Shown here one piece after another: positions 60,079 to 64,000 of a stretch of DNA of 64,000 nucleotides. The notes below the pieces were generated by a model. It saw only the letters and a program-made list of their open reading frames with translations, had not been told where the DNA came from and ran no database searches. The stretch covers positions 32,001-96,000 of the forward strand of contig CAXXTH010000006.1 of the NCBI GenBank assembly GCA_963668025.2, written 5' to 3'. This stretch comes from Candidatus Hydrogenedentota bacterium (GTDB taxonomy: Bacteria > Hydrogenedentota > Hydrogenedentia > Hydrogenedentales > SLHB01). Positions within the stretch are counted from its first letter, which is position 1, and each line of letters starts with the position of its first letter. The translations under genes and the position numbers were made by a program.

Positions 60079-60293
60079 CGCGGAGCCTCCCATTGCTGCT
60101 CGAACCACTCCGCTTCCAACTGCTGCAAGAGACGCCGTTCATGAAGCATGGCGTTTCTGGTCATCGCCAACTGCGTCAAGACAATCGGGTCGCCCAAATC
60201 GTCCTTCAGTTCAGTGAAAATCTCCATCATGTCTCTGTCGTAATCTCGTAAACGCTCCTGCGAGTTGATGATTTCTTTCGTGATACTTTTCAT
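60075..60293 (-). CDS. Small helical hypothetical protein
   Basis: ATG after GGAG; stop overlaps the next start. Confidence 0.5.
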   Translation of the reverse strand: MKSITKEIINSQERLRDYDRDMMEIFTELKDDLGDPIVLTQLAMTRNAMLHERRLLQQLEAEWFEQQWEAPR

Positions 60294-60398
60294 GCAATCG
60301 CTCCACGTAACGTCCACTTTACATATCGTGAAAAACACTGGGTTTGCGGGTCGAGCCTGGGGGTGATATACACCTGGGGTCAAACACCGGTGCGAAAA

Positions 60399-60791
60399 TC
60401 ACGCCCCTTTTGCATTCCCCTCGGCTCTCGGCTGCCCAAACATTCCGCTCGGGTGCCTGTCCAGCAGCGCAATAACAATTTGCAGCTTTATTCCGACGGG
60501 CGTTTCCGGATCTGACAACGTCTCATCGAGTTGAGCCAGGCCGAGGTCGATTGCCTCGTTCAGTCGCGTAACCGTGGCGGCCCAAAATGTCTCACCAGTG
60601 GCGCGTAATTCGCGTATCTTCTCCCGGATGGGCCAGTGCTGGAGTATCTGTTCCACCTGAGATGGTTCCAGTTTGACCATGTGTGCGATCTCGAACTCGC
60701 TTAGCTGATAGTTCATTGCCGCCAGTTGCGCGATTTCTCGATGGACAGCAGGCGCGTCCTCGAAGTGTGCGTACTCGAAATTACTGTTCAT
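60399..60791 (-). CDS. HTH / terminase-small-subunit-like protein, paralog of 59641-60078
   Basis: Shared L.DP..P......LDRHPSGM motif; RBS AAGGAG. Confidence 0.6.
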   Translation of the reverse strand: MNSNFEYAHFEDAPAVHREIAQLAAMNYQLSEFEIAHMVKLEPSQVEQILQHWPIREKIRELRATGETFWAATVTRLNEAIDLGLAQLDETLSDPETPVGIKLQIVIALLDRHPSGMFGQPRAEGNAKGA

Positions 60792-60830
60792 ATGCAGGCT
60801 CCTTCCAAATGTTTTTTTGCTGTGAGAACG

Positions 60831-60938
60831 AGTGACGTTAGTGACGCAAGTGACATGACTTTCAGTAAAGTCCCCTTATGATAGAGTTTCTAAGGAGAGT
60901 TTATGGAATGTTGTGTCACTAGCGTCACTAGCGTCACT
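60831..60938. other. Putative replication origin (convergent iterons)
   Basis: AGTGACGTT-AGTGACGCA-AGTGACA facing TGTCACT-AGCGTCACT-AGCGTCACT around an AT-rich core, at the helicase 3' end. Confidence 0.7.
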
Positions 60939-62370
60939 CATCGGTTAATATTCCTAATCCAATCCATAAGCGCTTGCCGCCGGTGGCGCGGTATTCATCG
61001 AAACCTTGCGATTGAAGATACTCGCCAAACCGGCGTTTGCTTACGGCGGTTTCACCGGCATCTGCGCACCATTTCTCATATGCTGCATATACATCCGCTT
61101 TTAGCGTTTGGCAGTGGGATTGTCGCAGACAACACTCCGCCAGAAAGCGGCCTACGCCATCCTCATGTAGCCGATATTCGGATGTTGCGGCGGTCACTTC
61201 CTCGGGTGCTTTTAAACCTTCCGCCAGATAGGCGCATGCGCCTTCGACAAGCCAGTTCAAGACGCCCTCAGCCTCGTTTGATATAAGACGCTCCTTCAAT
61301 TGACCGTCAACGCGGTCCTCAGGAATCGTCTGGGTGAAAGGAATAAGGCGTACGCGACGCCAGATGGCTAGGTCGGTTCCTTTAATCTTAGGGCGATCAT
61401 TTGTGGCAAGCCACAGCACGTGAGTAGGCTCGAACTGAAACGGCGATTGATACAATTCGCGTGCTACAATTGGGTCTCCGCCACACATAGCTTTGACGCG
61501 CGCCTCGTTCAATTTATGGCCTTCGCCGGTCTCTATACTCGTCAAGAACCGTAGGCCGTACAACTTCGCAAGGTCGGGGCTCGGGCCATTGCTTGGGCGG
61601 TTATCGAGAAGTAGCTCAGGAGGGCATTGTCCTGCGTAGCCATCCCCCATAATTCGCTGGAGCACGTTCAAGAAGGTGGACTTCCCGTTGCGGCCTTTGC
61701 CAAAGCAAATGAAAAACACCTGCTCCGCCGATGTTCCGAGTAGGCTATACCCGGCGGCCTTTTTCACGAAATGGCGCAAGGCTGGGCTGGGGAAAATATC
61801 CTCCAGGAATCGCTCCCATGTCGGGGCGGGCTTTCCTTCGTAATAATCGTACGGGATGCATTTCGTGATGTAATCGCTCTTGCCGTGGTCTAATACTTTA
61901 GGTAACGAACCTTGCGGATTCCCGAAGTCTAGCGTGCAATTTTTGAAATTAACCTTCAATGGCTGGACGTCGAATTCGGCCACTGTCATAGACATATACG
62001 CTTCTGAGATTTTCAAAATCGCGGACACTGTGGCGGCGGTCTCACACTTACGGGCAAATGCTAGGAGCCAACTGACAAGTTGAGTCGGTTCACCGTCTCG
62101 GGCGTACTGGCCTGCCAAGTCCCTGAAGTGTTGGCCTACGCATTCGATACACATCGAACGCACTTGCGCCTCGTTGCACGCCCAGTGGGTGCCCGTCCAT
62201 GCCAGCCAACCCCAGCCGGAAACGAATCGCACATAAGAACCGCATGCGTTCGCAAACACGCGCGATCCACTGTACTCAGTGCATAATTCACTGCGTCGGA
62301 ACTCCATAGAGTCGGTGGGGCCAGGGCGCTTGCGGCGGCGGGCTTGTTTTAGATCAATGGCCTCAGCCAC
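60934..62370 (-). CDS. P4-family/D5-type SF3 replicative helicase (no obvious primase domain)
   Basis: D5_N-like region (GWLAWTGTHW; NFKNCTLD); Walker A GKGRNGKST; GGDPIVARELY; AIWRRVRLIPF. Confidence 0.9.
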   Translation of the reverse strand: MAEAIDLKQARRRKRPGPTDSMEFRRSELCTEYSGSRVFANACGSYVRFVSGWGWLAWTGTHWACNEAQVRSMCIECVGQHFRDLAGQYARDGEPTQLVSWLLAFARKCETAATVSAILKISEAYMSMTVAEFDVQPLKVNFKNCTLDFGNPQGSLPKVLDHGKSDYITKCIPYDYYEGKPAPTWERFLEDIFPSPALRHFVKKAAGYSLLGTSAEQVFFICFGKGRNGKSTFLNVLQRIMGDGYAGQCPPELLLDNRPSNGPSPDLAKLYGLRFLTSIETGEGHKLNEARVKAMCGGDPIVARELYQSPFQFEPTHVLWLATNDRPKIKGTDLAIWRRVRLIPFTQTIPEDRVDGQLKERLISNEAEGVLNWLVEGACAYLAEGLKAPEEVTAATSEYRLHEDGVGRFLAECCLRQSHCQTLKADVYAAYEKWCADAGETAVSKRRFGEYLQSQGFDEYRATGGKRLWIGLGILTDE

Positions 62371-62626
62371 GGGGCTCGTCCTTGAATGGATCTGCGGGTG
62401 TCACACGGTTCGAGTCGATGAAAGCCCGCAAGTCGGCGAGATCGTATCTGATCGCGCGACCCACCGTAACGTGTGCAATATTGATGTGGCCTGGAAGGTA
62501 GCCCTCAAAGCGCCTTTTTCTAAGATAGTTCGAAGAAACCCCCAGGATTTTGGCGGCTGTTTTCGTATCGACTAATTGCGGGCTGTTCAGATTGTCTGAC
62601 ATATTCAAGCTCCTAACGTTTGCCAC
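62363..62626 (-). CDS. Excisionase/AlpA-like HTH protein
   Basis: DTKTAAKILGVS..YL; GRAIRYDLADLRAFI. Confidence 0.85.
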   Translation of the reverse strand: MANVRSLNMSDNLNSPQLVDTKTAAKILGVSSNYLRKRRFEGYLPGHINIAHVTVGRAIRYDLADLRAFIDSNRVTPADPFKDEPRG

Positions 62627-62704
62627 AGGCGCTTTGTGTGCCCATTCATTACGTGGAGATTGCCAGACCTGAGTCGGAAAGCCTATAGCGCCATTATGTG
62701 GGCA

Positions 62705-63853
62705 TTATGCAGATTGTTTTGACGAACTAGATATGTAATATCCAGCGATTTCAGAATTACCCCTGCTGGGAGGAATGTTAACTCCATGCTTGCGAAGGTT
62801 CGCTACTGTACGAGACACACTGGATTGATCCAGCGATTTATCTGAATCGTCGGCATGAGCTTCGTCATAGTGCTTAATGATGTCTACATGTGTGATTGGG
62901 CCATGGTCCGCTATCATTTTGCATATGAAGCTTTCCCTTTCCGACAGCGGCGTTCCGTCTGGTGCGAATCTGTCTCCGGGCTTCCACTGGTGCGGCGCGG
63001 CGGCCTCCTCCGACTCCTGTGCCACGGTGGCGGGCGCGGGGAGCGGTGCGGGTGTGTAGAAGTCGCTGAGCCATTGAGTGTGCAGGATGCACCGCTGTAT
63101 CCATGCTACCGCCTCACTGGTACGGATACCATCATTGACGATCTGCGGCCCCGTCGATAGCAGTTCACGATAAGTGTCGGACTGGTTGATATTCGCAGTT
63201 TTTGGGGCTCCTTCAAGTGAATGGTAATATTGCCACGGATCCACAAGCACCTGGCATAGGGTAACGATCTCTAATACTGTCCACCATGCACGGTCCGTCA
63301 AGTATTTCTCAAACCACGTCTTAATGTGTGCCAGAACAATGGGCGGCGGCGCGGGCATATCCTCGGGTTGAGGCGTATCAAACCATGCAGGAAGTTTTTG
63401 GCCGGACGCTTCAGCCCACAAGATGAAGTCTGTCTTTAAGGTGAGTACCCGCAGATGAGAAATGATGGGCAAACTTGGATTAATGGCAGCCCGCTTGTGA
63501 GCGATTAACCAGCGGGCGGCGGCGTCGAATTCGGGCGCTTCCCACAAAAGGGCATCGGGTACGTTGTCGTAAATACATGCCCGTAAATGAGGAGTTGAAA
63601 GCAGATCTCGAAGTACGAAATGAGGAACGAGTGTTTCTTTTCTGGGGTTCTGTTTAGGGGTATCATCTGGATTTTCCAGCACCAGCCGCTCCTTGTGAAG
63701 CATTCCCGTGAAAAGGACGAGGGGAATAGGCTTTTCCCGGAGATGAAAACTATTGTATTCGGCAATGGTTGGATCTAAGTTTTCGGCGGTGCGTTTCTTT
63801 GGCATTGCGTGATCCCTTCTGTGGGTCGAGCGGCAGGCTTTCAGCGGGATCAC
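62705..63853 (-). CDS. Hypothetical protein with a C-terminal winged-HTH-like segment
   Basis: 382-aa ORF; SVSRTVANLRKHG...GYYI. Confidence 0.6.
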   Translation of the reverse strand: MIPLKACRSTHRRDHAMPKKRTAENLDPTIAEYNSFHLREKPIPLVLFTGMLHKERLVLENPDDTPKQNPRKETLVPHFVLRDLLSTPHLRACIYDNVPDALLWEAPEFDAAARWLIAHKRAAINPSLPIISHLRVLTLKTDFILWAEASGQKLPAWFDTPQPEDMPAPPPIVLAHIKTWFEKYLTDRAWWTVLEIVTLCQVLVDPWQYYHSLEGAPKTANINQSDTYRELLSTGPQIVNDGIRTSEAVAWIQRCILHTQWLSDFYTPAPLPAPATVAQESEEAAAPHQWKPGDRFAPDGTPLSERESFICKMIADHGPITHVDIIKHYDEAHADDSDKSLDQSSVSRTVANLRKHGVNIPPSRGNSEIAGYYISSSSKQSA

Positions 63854-64000
63854 TCTTACTCACCCGCCATCTCGTGCGCCGGGCCGTTGCAATCGGCTAC
63901 CAGCTACCCAAACTAATTAAGGGTGCTCCCTCAATATGATAACCTCAATTGACCCCGTGGCGGGCCACGTGTTGCCAGAACTGGTCCCAACGGCCCTCGG

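Larger units (their letters stand above)
56620..64000 (-). mobile_element. tRNA-Pro-associated phage-satellite-like island (extends beyond the window)
   Basis: D5/P4-type helicase, excisionase-like HTH, iterons, small HTH genes and a TA-like module directly after the tRNA; no integrase in the window. Confidence 0.7.

Overview
GC-rich bacterial chromosomal window. The prepilin-like DUF1559-type paralogs, TSP3-repeat surface proteins and LptD-like protein suggest a Hydrogenedentes- or PVC-like diderm (inference). Housekeeping content: an LptD-like protein, an M20 amidohydrolase, ilvD, gcvT-H-PA-PB, tRNA-Ser(GCT) and tRNA-Pro(TGG). Mobile content: an intact DDE IS (7209-9030, 17-bp TIRs, 6-bp target duplication), a complete class C group II intron directly after the ilvD terminator, several REP/MITE-like repeat families including a ~162-bp tandem array, and the left part of a phage-satellite-like island at tRNA-Pro. 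That island carries a D5-type helicase, a convergent iteron origin, paralogous TerS-like HTH genes and an XRE-ImmA/IrrE + PIN module. The most notable unannotated signals are (1) a ZTP (pfl) riboswitch in front of the glycine cleavage operon, (2) an ArsR-controlled MacB-type ABC system with a Cys-rich-tailed exported partner, (3) a DeoR/kinase/isomerase/SDR/aminotransferase catabolic locus with three tandem diversified prepilin-like genes, one frameshifted in a G-run, and (4) the satellite's packaging and defence modules. All calls come from reading motifs by eye; no database searches were run.
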